DNA of 64,000 nucleotides from Anaerolineales bacterium (GTDB lineage Bacteria > Chloroflexota > Anaerolineae > Anaerolineales > UBA11579), in assembly GCA_019454165.1 (NCBI GenBank), contig CP075367.1, forward strand, positions 579,971 through 643,970, read 5' to 3'. The position numbers and the translations under genes were made by a program. Shown here one piece after another: positions 44,775-52,597 of this stretch. The notes under the pieces were generated by a model that saw only the letters and a list, made by a program, of their open reading frames with translations, was not told where the DNA came from and did not search any database. The first letter of the stretch is position 1, and each line of letters starts with the position of its first letter.

Positions 44775-45431
44775 TTAGTTGTCTACATCCTCGTAGGTGA
44801 AGGCACGGGCGTTGACGTTGCCTTGCTGCTGGCTGTTGCCCATCAGGCCGTTGTACATGGCTGGCTGGGCGGCGCGGTTGCCAGCGGGCTGGCTGCGGCG
44901 CATGGTGGGCGGCATGTTGCGCTCACGCTCGGTGAAGAGCTTGCCGCTGTTGCTGATCAGCGTACCGATGATGAGCACCCGGATCAGCCATACGAAGACG
45001 GCTACGAAGGCCGGCACGACGGCCAGCAGGGTGCCCATGTCCAGCAAGCCCTCGCCCAGCACCGGGCTGTTGGCCAGGGCGATCGAAACGCCCCACCAGG
45101 TCAGTGTGGCGTTCATGGCCGAGGCCAACACCCAGGCGGCGAACAGGTACCAGGTGTCAGAGTTCTGCTGGCTGCGCAGGTTAGTGTGGTTGGTGAACAT
45201 GTGGGCAATCCCGGCGAAGTCAATCGCGCAGAAAGCCACGGCCAGGATGGAGGCCCAGGCCACGCCACCGAACTGCAGCGCACCCATGAGATCGTTCAGG
45301 GCGAACTGAGTGGTGCTGAAGTTGAACAGCTCAAAAGCGAACAGGGCTGCCAGGATGAAGAGGCCCCATACCAGATTGCGCTGGATAAAGGCCGGGACAC
45401 TGAAGTGGCGAAGCAAACCTTTGTTGACCAT
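44775..45431 (-). CDS. Hypothetical polytopic membrane protein with Gln/Asn-rich C-terminal tail
   Basis: Four to five hydrophobic helices, strong GC3 bias, and a stop 1 nt upstream of the SLT gene start (likely co-transcribed). Confidence 0.6.
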   Translation of the reverse strand: MVNKGLLRHFSVPAFIQRNLVWGLFILAALFAFELFNFSTTQFALNDLMGALQFGGVAWASILAVAFCAIDFAGIAHMFTNHTNLRSQQNSDTWYLFAAWVLASAMNATLTWWGVSIALANSPVLGEGLLDMGTLLAVVPAFVAVFVWLIRVLIIGTLISNSGKLFTERERNMPPTMRRSQPAGNRAAQPAMYNGLMGNSQQQGNVNARAFTYEDVDN

Positions 45432-45606
45432 CTCTTATTCTCCTTTGGCCAATCAGGCCAAACATCTGTTCTAAAGATGGCCAAAGTATAGAACAAGAGA
45501 GCTAAAAGAGTCAATCGCCGTGTATGGGGCGCGATAGTGGGACTCACTCCCTATATGGGCTGAATCGGGCCGATTCGTGCAAATGGTGCGGGCGTATAAT
45601 TTTCAA

Positions 45607-46077
45607 ATGGCCAAAACCAGCGCCGGAATCTTGATGTATCGTGTGCCAACCCCTGGCAAGCCAGAGGTGCTGTTGGTGCACCCCGGCGGCCCGTATTGGC
45701 GCAACAAGGATCTGGGCGCCTGGTCCATCCCCAAAGGCGAGTACACCGATGAGGATCCGCTGGCCGCCGCCCGGCGTGAATTCCGGGAGGAGACCAGCTT
45801 CGAGGTGGAGGGCGATTTCATCCCGCTGCAGCCCGTGATCCAGAAGGGCGGCAAGCAGGTCAGCGCCTGGGCGGTGGAGGGCGACATTGACGCTGCGGCC
45901 GCCCGCAGCATCGAGTTCGAGATGGAGTGGCCGCCGCGCTCCGGGCGGCGGGCCAGCTTCCCTGAGGTGGAGCAGGCCGCCTGGTTCCCGCTGGACCAGG
46001 CGCTGCTCAAGCTCAACCCGGCCCAGACTGGTTTCGTACGCCAATTAGCTGAGCGCCTTGGAGTCAGTCTCAGTTAG
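45607..46077 (+). CDS. NUDIX hydrolase
   Basis: NUDIX box GAWSIPKGEYTDEDPLAAARREFREETSF. ATG 45607 lies 6 nt downstream of TATAAT (45595-45600), so the transcript is probably leaderless. An alternative ATG at 45577 is less likely. Confidence 0.8.
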   Translation: MAKTSAGILMYRVPTPGKPEVLLVHPGGPYWRNKDLGAWSIPKGEYTDEDPLAAARREFREETSFEVEGDFIPLQPVIQKGGKQVSAWAVEGDIDAAAARSIEFEMEWPPRSGRRASFPEVEQAAWFPLDQALLKLNPAQTGFVRQLAERLGVSLS

Positions 46078-46172
46078 AGGCGTACGCCAATTAGCTGAGC
46101 GCCTTGGGGTCAGTCTCAGTTAGGGGCGTACGCCAACTGGCCGAGCGGCTCGGCGTCAGCTTGACATAAGCG
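46035..46172 (+). repeat. 46-nt tandem repeat x3 spanning the NUDIX gene 3' end and its stop codon
   Basis: Copies start at 46035, 46081 and 46127. Copies 1 and 2 differ at 2 positions. Copy 3 differs at about 12 positions, yet each copy translates to VRQLAERLGVSL(S/T)-stop in its own frame. Confidence 0.85.
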
Positions 46173-46242
46173 ATCAAACGCAAACGGAGCGTTGCATTCA
46201 TTGCAACGCTCCGTTTGGTTTAGGTCACAGTTGGCCTAGTGC

Positions 46243-47463
46243 TTAGGCATATTCCCGTTCGACGGACTTGGCCATGGTGAAGGCGGCGTGATGCACAGCG
46301 ATCAGCTTGCCGGCTCGGTCCATGCGGATCAGATCCGTGCCGCGGGCGGTGTTGCCGTTGGGCAGCTTGGCGCTCCACACGATCTTGAGGAATTCAAGAT
46401 AGGTGCCGGTGTCCAGCAGGCGGAAGACGGTCTTGGGCGGGAAGGTCTCCCGCAGCAGGCCTGAGTACCAGCTGTACAACTCGCCGGAGCCGGTGCGGCC
46501 CTGCCCGTTGCAGAGCAGGCGGCCATCACTCTCGTACAGGAAGACGACATTGTTGGCGAAGCCCGTGTTGAGGGCGGCCATCAGCCGGTTGCCGATATCC
46601 AGCGCCTGGACGATGCGCGGGTCACGCGGGGGCGTGGTGGGGGGCTTGGGCGGCGTAGGCGTCTCGGGCTCCTTGATCGGAGGCGTGGGCGGGCTGGGCG
46701 GCTGGGGCGGCGAGCCGGCCCAGTCAAAGTGGCGCACGGTGCTCCAAATGTCCGATTTCACGTAGGCGGTCTGCCATTCCCAGAAATTGGCGGCGCTCAG
46801 GCCGATGGTGCGGGCGGTCTGCAGGAATTCGATGACCTGGCTGGCGGTGGGCGACCAGCTGCCCTGGCCGTAGGCGGCGCCGGTGGGGATGACCGGTAGC
46901 ACAGGCGCCAGGGCCTTGTACTCGTCGATCGAGCGCTTGAGCTGCTGGCCCGGGTTGCTGGAGCCAACCCAGTAGACCTGGGGCATGTTGATGTCGCAAT
47001 ACTCCAGGAAGGTGGCGAATGGGAAGGGCGCGTGCAGCTTGGGGTAACGGTAGGTGCTGAGCGCAATGGGGAACTTAGGCAAGCCGGCACGCAATTCCTG
47101 CATGTAGGATTTGGCCGTTTCAGCCATGTTGGCCGCCTTGAATTCCTTCTCAGCGTTCACCACAAAGCCATCCAGGCCCAGCTGTTTGACGCGCGTGATG
47201 GCGCGCCTGGCCTCATTGACGGCATTGACGCCATAGATGTACTGCCAGCCCCAGGGGGAGATGCCGCGCGAGCGCAGCGCCGCCACCAGGCCGGGGACCA
47301 TATCCACGCCGTTGGTGATGTTGTAGTTGTAGACGCCATCAGCCACTTTTATCAGTACGTGACTTAGGCCGGCTTGCTTGGCAGCATCGGCAATTTTGCC
47401 GGGGTTGCCTTCAAAAGCCCGTTTTATTTGCCAGAGGTAGTAGCCTTTTCCTTTGAGTTCCAT
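46243..47463 (-). CDS. Hypothetical two-domain protein: N-terminal TIM-barrel glycoside-hydrolase-like domain, Pro-rich linker, C-terminal NTF2/SnoaL-like domain (tentative)
   Basis: The N-terminal ~245 aa (SHVLIKVADG..., GWQYIYG, LDGFVVNAEKEF, NMPQVYW) resembles lysozyme/GH-like TIM barrels. Linker PPQPPSPPTPPIKEPETPTPPKPPTTPP. Product assignment is weak. Confidence 0.45.
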   Translation of the reverse strand: MELKGKGYYLWQIKRAFEGNPGKIADAAKQAGLSHVLIKVADGVYNYNITNGVDMVPGLVAALRSRGISPWGWQYIYGVNAVNEARRAITRVKQLGLDGFVVNAEKEFKAANMAETAKSYMQELRAGLPKFPIALSTYRYPKLHAPFPFATFLEYCDINMPQVYWVGSSNPGQQLKRSIDEYKALAPVLPVIPTGAAYGQGSWSPTASQVIEFLQTARTIGLSAANFWEWQTAYVKSDIWSTVRHFDWAGSPPQPPSPPTPPIKEPETPTPPKPPTTPPRDPRIVQALDIGNRLMAALNTGFANNVVFLYESDGRLLCNGQGRTGSGELYSWYSGLLRETFPPKTVFRLLDTGTYLEFLKIVWSAKLPNGNTARGTDLIRMDRAGKLIAVHHAAFTMAKSVEREYA

Positions 47464-47661
47464 GACCCCCTAGATGCACGAAATGTGCCAGTTGCGCCAA
47501 GATGTTGTTCGTTTTGGGTATAGGGGTATGGGGTGCAACTTAAAAGATATCTGGCGAGCCGGTTTTTGCATGCTTGTATTCCCGCTCCTGCCGCAGGATA
47601 GTAGGCTTTATGGAATGGCAGGGGAATGCGTTAACAAATCAAGGGATTGGGGCTTGCTGCC

Positions 47662-49836
47662 CTAACTCTTTGCTTTTTTGCGCCTGCGCAACCAGCCCGC
47701 CAGCTGTTCCCAAACCACCAGGCCGAAGGCGGCCAGCAAAAGCGCCAGCAGCGGCCACAGCCAGATGCCCTTGCCGGTGGAGACCGGGCCACTGGACGGC
47801 TGGGTCAGCTCGGCTATGGCGGTGGCCTGCGGCTGGCCGGATGCGGCCGGCCGCGTATCCTGGATGGCGGTGGCGCCCTGCTGCGCCAGCAGCAGCACGC
47901 CGCTGCTGCGGCGCGGGAAGCCGGGCGCGGTGAGCGCTTCGACCACACTCTGCAGGCTGGCGGGCGTGTTGCCCAGCAGCGCCAGTGAGGTGGCGTTGTT
48001 GGCGGGCGCCAGGCGGTTGAGGGATGCGATGGCCAGCGGCACGGTGGGCGAGTAGCCCAGGCGGCTGCCGTCGCTGAGCGCCAGCTCGCCGCTGCCGCCG
48101 GCCCGCTCTACGGCGAAGATGGTTTGCATTTCCAGATCAGACAGAAAGTCATCAAAGTCGCCGAGCAGGATGATGTTGTCGGCCGGCGCGCTGGCGAAGG
48201 CCGCGCTGCTGGAGCCGACCTGCACGCTGGGCAGCAGCGGCCAGGCTTGGTAGCTGGCGGCTAGGCCGCGCAGCAGGCGGGCGGCGTTGGCCCAGGCTGC
48301 CGGGTCGCTCTCGGGCAGCAGCAGGGCGGTGTCCTGCATGCTGTTGTGCAGGAAAGGCAGCGGGAATTCGCCCAGGGTCAGTTCGCTGCGCACCAGCGGA
48401 TCGTTGGACGTGGGCACGCTGATGAGCGAATCGGCATAGATTGTGAGCCAATGGTCGCCCTCGGCCGGGTTGGCGCACAGGTCGAGCGGCACCACATCCG
48501 CCGAGATGACCAGCTCGTTCATGCCGGGCTTTAGGATGGAGGCGGGCAGCAGCGTAACTTCGCTGTGGCGCGGGGCGGTCTGGTCCACCAGGCGGGTGGT
48601 GCTGACCGCCTGGCCGTTGATGTGCACGGTCACGCTGGAGCGCAAATAGTCGAGCAGTTGTGAGTGGGCGAAGCGCAGATCGAGGAAAGCGGCATCGCTG
48701 ATGGCGCGGTCAGGCGAGATGTAGAAGGGCACGCGCAGCTCTGAGCGGCCAAAGCGCGTAAAGGTGAAATCAGTCTGGCCAAGCTGCGAGAAGTTGCTGG
48801 CCAATGTATCAGTGGGTTGCAGGCTGGGCTGGGTGTCCTGGGATATGTAAGCCAGGTTGTTGCGCTCGTTGAGCACCAGCGGGCTGCCCACGGCCAGCGC
48901 GGCGCGCTGCACGGCAGCCTCGCTGCCGCCGCTGACCACCAGGATGGCGCGCTGAATGTTCCATGGGGAGCGCGCCACTTCGATGAAGCCCAGGCCAGCG
49001 CGGTTGGCGGCGGGCTGGCGCAACGTAGCGTCTTGATTGTGCGGCAGGGTGGGGCTTTGCAGATCACGGAAGGATTCAACTTGCCCAACGTAGACCAGAT
49101 GCTTTTCTGCCAGGGCTGCTTCGGTTAGAGTGGTCTCCACCGCCAGCTCGATCGCCTGCTGCGGCGCGAAACGGCCCAGGGCAGCCGCCACCGTGAGCGC
49201 GGCAGCCACCTGGCCCTGCGTGGGCGCCGGCGGCAGCACGATCAGCGTGCCGGGATGTTGCAGCGCGTCAGGCGAGTAAAAAGGATAGGGCAGCTGCGCC
49301 AGGCTCGGCTCGATGGCGGCTTCAGCGTAGCTGATGCTGAGCATCGAGCTGGGCTGCACCAGCACCGTGCTGGATAGATTGAACTGGCACGAGGCCGAAG
49401 CATCCCAATCGATGTGCAGCGTGTGCTGCGGCTGGGCAGCCAGCAGGCCGGGCTCCAGCGCCAAGCTGATCTGCTGCTCGCCATTGCTGCTCAGGACGCT
49501 GCGGTGCAGCAGGGCGCCATCCAGGCGTACGGAAATGTGTCCGGCTACCAGGTTCTGCTGTGGCACTTCGCCCTGAGCCGGCACGAAGCTGGAGAAGAAG
49601 CTTTGCAGATCCAACGTGAGGGTGCTGTCAGCTTGCGGATCCCAATTGGGCGGGGTGGTGAAGCTGAGCGCTAGGCTGCTGTACGGCCCTTGCAGGGCGG
49701 CAAACGGCTCTGCGCCAAGCTGCACGAGGGTGGTTTCGCTGAGCTGCGTACCGGTTTGCAAAGCGGGTGCAGCCGGCCCAGCCGCCAGCAGGGCCAAGGC
49801 GATGAGGGCGAGTGTGATGCGCTTAGCTGTTGCCAT
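47662..49836 (-). CDS. BcsB-like (cellulose synthase regulatory subunit-like) secreted protein with C-terminal TM anchor and basic tail
   Basis: ATG 49836 (MATAKRITLALIALALLAAGPAAPA signal peptide). Two BcsB-type repeats: TLTLDLQSFFSS...HISVRLDGALLHRSVL and FLDLRFAHSQLLDYLRSSVTVHINGQAVSTTRL...LKPGMNELVI. C-terminal IWLWPLLALLLAAFGLVVW plus RRRKKAKS. Confidence 0.65.
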   Translation of the reverse strand: MATAKRITLALIALALLAAGPAAPALQTGTQLSETTLVQLGAEPFAALQGPYSSLALSFTTPPNWDPQADSTLTLDLQSFFSSFVPAQGEVPQQNLVAGHISVRLDGALLHRSVLSSNGEQQISLALEPGLLAAQPQHTLHIDWDASASCQFNLSSTVLVQPSSMLSISYAEAAIEPSLAQLPYPFYSPDALQHPGTLIVLPPAPTQGQVAAALTVAAALGRFAPQQAIELAVETTLTEAALAEKHLVYVGQVESFRDLQSPTLPHNQDATLRQPAANRAGLGFIEVARSPWNIQRAILVVSGGSEAAVQRAALAVGSPLVLNERNNLAYISQDTQPSLQPTDTLASNFSQLGQTDFTFTRFGRSELRVPFYISPDRAISDAAFLDLRFAHSQLLDYLRSSVTVHINGQAVSTTRLVDQTAPRHSEVTLLPASILKPGMNELVISADVVPLDLCANPAEGDHWLTIYADSLISVPTSNDPLVRSELTLGEFPLPFLHNSMQDTALLLPESDPAAWANAARLLRGLAASYQAWPLLPSVQVGSSSAAFASAPADNIILLGDFDDFLSDLEMQTIFAVERAGGSGELALSDGSRLGYSPTVPLAIASLNRLAPANNATSLALLGNTPASLQSVVEALTAPGFPRRSSGVLLLAQQGATAIQDTRPAASGQPQATAIAELTQPSSGPVSTGKGIWLWPLLALLLAAFGLVVWEQLAGWLRRRKKAKS

Positions 49837-50944
49837 CTTTGGGCTGCCCCAGGTCTGTTGGGAAGATGTAGATGCGTTCGGCGGCCTGGTTGGCTTTCTC
49901 CAGGGCGAACTCCGCGTTCTCAAGTAATTGGCTCAGAGTTTCGTCATGCTCCCAGGCGGTAAGGCCTACGCTGGGTTTGAGCGAAACCTTGTACAGGCCG
50001 GAGCTTTCCTCCATCGGCTGCAATAACCCCTGGCGGATGCGCAACAGGGTGCGGGCGGCCGGCTGCGGAGGTGTGTCTGGCAGCATGATGGCAAAGGCCG
50101 ATTCGTTCCAGCGGCCCACGGCATCATTGCCGCGCAGCTGCTTCTTGAGGATCTCGACCGTGTTGGTAAGAAAGTCGGTCAGCACGGCGTTGGGCAGCGA
50201 GTTGGCGAAGGTCTTGAGGCTTTCGAGTTCGATGAGGGCCAGCGAGAGCGCCGCGTCGGGCCGCTCGGCCATGCGGCGCTCCACCAGGTTGCTGAAGTAG
50301 GCGCGCTTGTATGCTCCGGACTCGGGGTCGCGGTTCAGGCGGTCACGGATAGCTTCGATGGGGCGGCTGATCTGGTAGCGGATGAGGACGAAGAGGATGC
50401 CCAGCGCCAGGCCGCCGAGAGCGAACAGCAGCAGCGAGCGCAGCGGCTGTGGGCTGATGGGGGCGGTGGCGGCGTGCGCCTCGTCGAGCACGGCGATGTC
50501 GAAGACCTGATAGATGCCCTTGATGGTGGCAATGCCCTGCGCACCGACCTGGTTGGATAGCGCGGCGGCGAAGGCCGGGTTTGGCCCATCTACATTGAGA
50601 TAGAAGATGTTGGATTCGGGCGGCACGGTGACGCTGCGCTGGTAGCTGCCAAAATCCTCGCCGGCCGAGGGCATGCCCTGCTGCGTGTTCTGGTACACCC
50701 GCTCGCTGGCCACGATCTCAGAGTAGGTGGTGATGATCGTGCGTTTCTCCAGGGTGTCGAGACTGGAGACTACGTCTCGGCTGCTGGTCAGGTTCTCGTT
50801 CGGGAAGATGACGAAGGACGTGGTGGCGCGGTAAATGGGCGTAGCGCTGAGCGAGATGGCCACGGAGAGGATGCAGGCGCCGAGCACGAACAGCGCCACC
50901 CAGCGCCAGTTACTTTGAACCAGTTCTACATAGTGTCGAACCAT
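49823..50944 (-). CDS. Wzz/polysaccharide co-polymerase-like membrane protein fused to a degenerate GGDEF domain with intact I-site
   Basis: N-terminal TM plus TPIYRATTSFVIFP (Wzz-type), and a second TM LLLFALGGLALGILFVLI. In the GGDEF fold, DPESGAYKRAYF and RGNDAVGRWNESAF align to RxxD-x4-R-x-GG(D/E)EF, so RxxD is kept while GGDEF has become NESAF. Confidence 0.7.
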   Translation of the reverse strand: MVRHYVELVQSNWRWVALFVLGACILSVAISLSATPIYRATTSFVIFPNENLTSSRDVVSSLDTLEKRTIITTYSEIVASERVYQNTQQGMPSAGEDFGSYQRSVTVPPESNIFYLNVDGPNPAFAAALSNQVGAQGIATIKGIYQVFDIAVLDEAHAATAPISPQPLRSLLLFALGGLALGILFVLIRYQISRPIEAIRDRLNRDPESGAYKRAYFSNLVERRMAERPDAALSLALIELESLKTFANSLPNAVLTDFLTNTVEILKKQLRGNDAVGRWNESAFAIMLPDTPPQPAARTLLRIRQGLLQPMEESSGLYKVSLKPSVGLTAWEHDETLSQLLENAEFALEKANQAAERIYIFPTDLGQPKDGNS

Positions 50945-52068
50945 TACAGCTCTGCTCCGATGATGAAGGTGCGGCCCCAGGTAGAGATGTTGTCACGGTT
51001 GATGCAGGTTTGGAAGGTGAGGGTCATCTGCCCGCCATAGACACGATAGAACAGATCGTTGGCGGTCAGCTTCTCGCCGGTATCCAGATCCAGAAAATCG
51101 CTTAGGGCGCTGTTGGGGCTGAGCGCCTGGTAGGACTGGATCTCATAGATCTCGAATTCGAGCACGCTGCCATCGCCCATCACCAGTTCGGCTACATCGC
51201 CCGGCTGCAGGCTGTAGAAGCTGCCGCCAGCCAGGTAGTTGTGGGCGATCAGCCCATCGTTGCCGGTGTGCTGGCGCACGATGCGGAACTCGGTCACCTC
51301 GCCAAAGTTGCTGGTCACCCAGGCGGGGTCGTTGCTGGGTTGTTGCACCACCGGGTATTGGAACTGGCCCTCAACATAGACGCCAACGGCTTCATTGCCT
51401 TTGCCGTTGGTCACACTTTGCACAAATTGGTCGAAGGCTGGCAATGCACTGGTGTCAGAGTCGGTGATCAGGGTCACGGTGACCTCTTCCTCGCCCGTGG
51501 CCGGCAGAACGTCCACCTCGGGAAGCTCGGTTGGCTGCGCGGTCGGTTCGGCGGCTGGTGCGCTGCCGGGCGTGGATGTGGGTGCGGATGCCGTAGGCGC
51601 GAGTGTGCTTGTGGACACAGCCGCGGCTTGCGTGGGCAGGGTTGGCTCGGCCTGCTGGGCCTGGGCTGGAGTCACGCGCAGCGCCAGCGTCAGTACGCCG
51701 GCGATGGCCGCGGTCACCAGCAGCCCGGCGCCGATGGCGCCGGCCCAGGCGCGCCCCTCACGCGTGGAGGTGACCGCGCCGCGAGCCGGCATCTGTTTGA
51801 GGAGCGCAGGCGCCTGGCGCCGCGCTTCCTGCGGCGAGAGGGCGGCCAGGCGTTCGAGCGCTTTGGGGTTGTTGGGGCTGAGGGCGAGGACGCGCTGCAG
51901 GGCATAGACCTGCTTGCTGTGTTCGTCGGTGGCGAAGCTGAGCAGCCACCAGCCCTCGGTATAGTCTGGGTTGGCTTTGAGCGCCTGAGAAAGCAGAACC
52001 AGAGCCTGTTGCCGCTGGCCGGCCTTTAGCAATCCTTTTACTTGCCCGCTTGTGTTTGAACCTTGCAT
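50944..52068 (-). CDS. TPR - TM - Ala/Pro/Thr linker - sortase-like transpeptidase-fold protein
   Basis: N-terminal TPR-like helices, then TM WAGAIGAGLLVTAAIAGVLTLAL. The C-terminal domain has GLIAHNY (His), LQPGDVAELVM...FEIYEIQSY, MTLTFQTC (TLxTC-like Cys) and WGRTFIIG (Arg). The stop overlaps the next ATG (TAATG). Confidence 0.6.
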   Translation of the reverse strand: MQGSNTSGQVKGLLKAGQRQQALVLLSQALKANPDYTEGWWLLSFATDEHSKQVYALQRVLALSPNNPKALERLAALSPQEARRQAPALLKQMPARGAVTSTREGRAWAGAIGAGLLVTAAIAGVLTLALRVTPAQAQQAEPTLPTQAAAVSTSTLAPTASAPTSTPGSAPAAEPTAQPTELPEVDVLPATGEEEVTVTLITDSDTSALPAFDQFVQSVTNGKGNEAVGVYVEGQFQYPVVQQPSNDPAWVTSNFGEVTEFRIVRQHTGNDGLIAHNYLAGGSFYSLQPGDVAELVMGDGSVLEFEIYEIQSYQALSPNSALSDFLDLDTGEKLTANDLFYRVYGGQMTLTFQTCINRDNISTWGRTFIIGAEL

Positions 52069-52165
52069 ATCCCTGCACTTAGTACTAAAGGCCTAGTAGG
52101 CGATTAGGTATCTTATGCCACGGGCATGCCGTTTTAACCTATCAGAAATGCAAGGATTTTTCGGG

Positions 52166-52597
52166 TTAGTAGATGAACGGGATCAGCTTTTTGGTGGCGG
52201 CCTGGTATTGGGCGTAACCTGGGAACTTTGCCACCAGCAGCGATTCTTCGTAATGCAGCTTGAGCAGTAGATTGATCAGCAGCACCAGCCAGATGACGAT
52301 GCGCAGCGGGCTGGGCGCAGCCAGCACGAACGCCAGCGTAGCCAGCAAGAGGCCGGTGTACATGGGGTGGCGGATGTAGGCATATGGCCCGCGCTGCACC
52401 AGGCGCGCCTCGGCCAGCGGCACGGGCGAGGCGCCAAAGTTGCCGATGCCCATGCTGAGGATGGCCCAGGCGCCCAGCCCTACGCCGGCGGCCAGCAGCG
52501 CCAGCAAGGCTGGCGGCTTCGGAAGCCAAGGCCCGGTGAGCAGCAGGGCACCAATGGCAGCGAACTGGACGAGTACGAAGAGGTTGGCTTTAGTCAT
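52166..52597 (-). CDS. Isoprenylcysteine carboxyl methyltransferase (ICMT)/phospholipid methyltransferase family membrane protein
   Basis: ATG 52597 (MTKANLFVLVQF...). Motif LVQRGPYAYIRHPMYTGLLL...EESLL. Confidence 0.75.
   Translation of the reverse strand: MTKANLFVLVQFAAIGALLLTGPWLPKPPALLALLAAGVGLGAWAILSMGIGNFGASPVPLAEARLVQRGPYAYIRHPMYTGLLLATLAFVLAAPSPLRIVIWLVLLINLLLKLHYEESLLVAKFPGYAQYQAATKKLIPFIY

Noticed and set aside
46035-46172. CRISPR array
   Set aside because: There are three directly abutting 46-nt copies with no spacers and no cas genes. It is a tandem duplication of a gene end.
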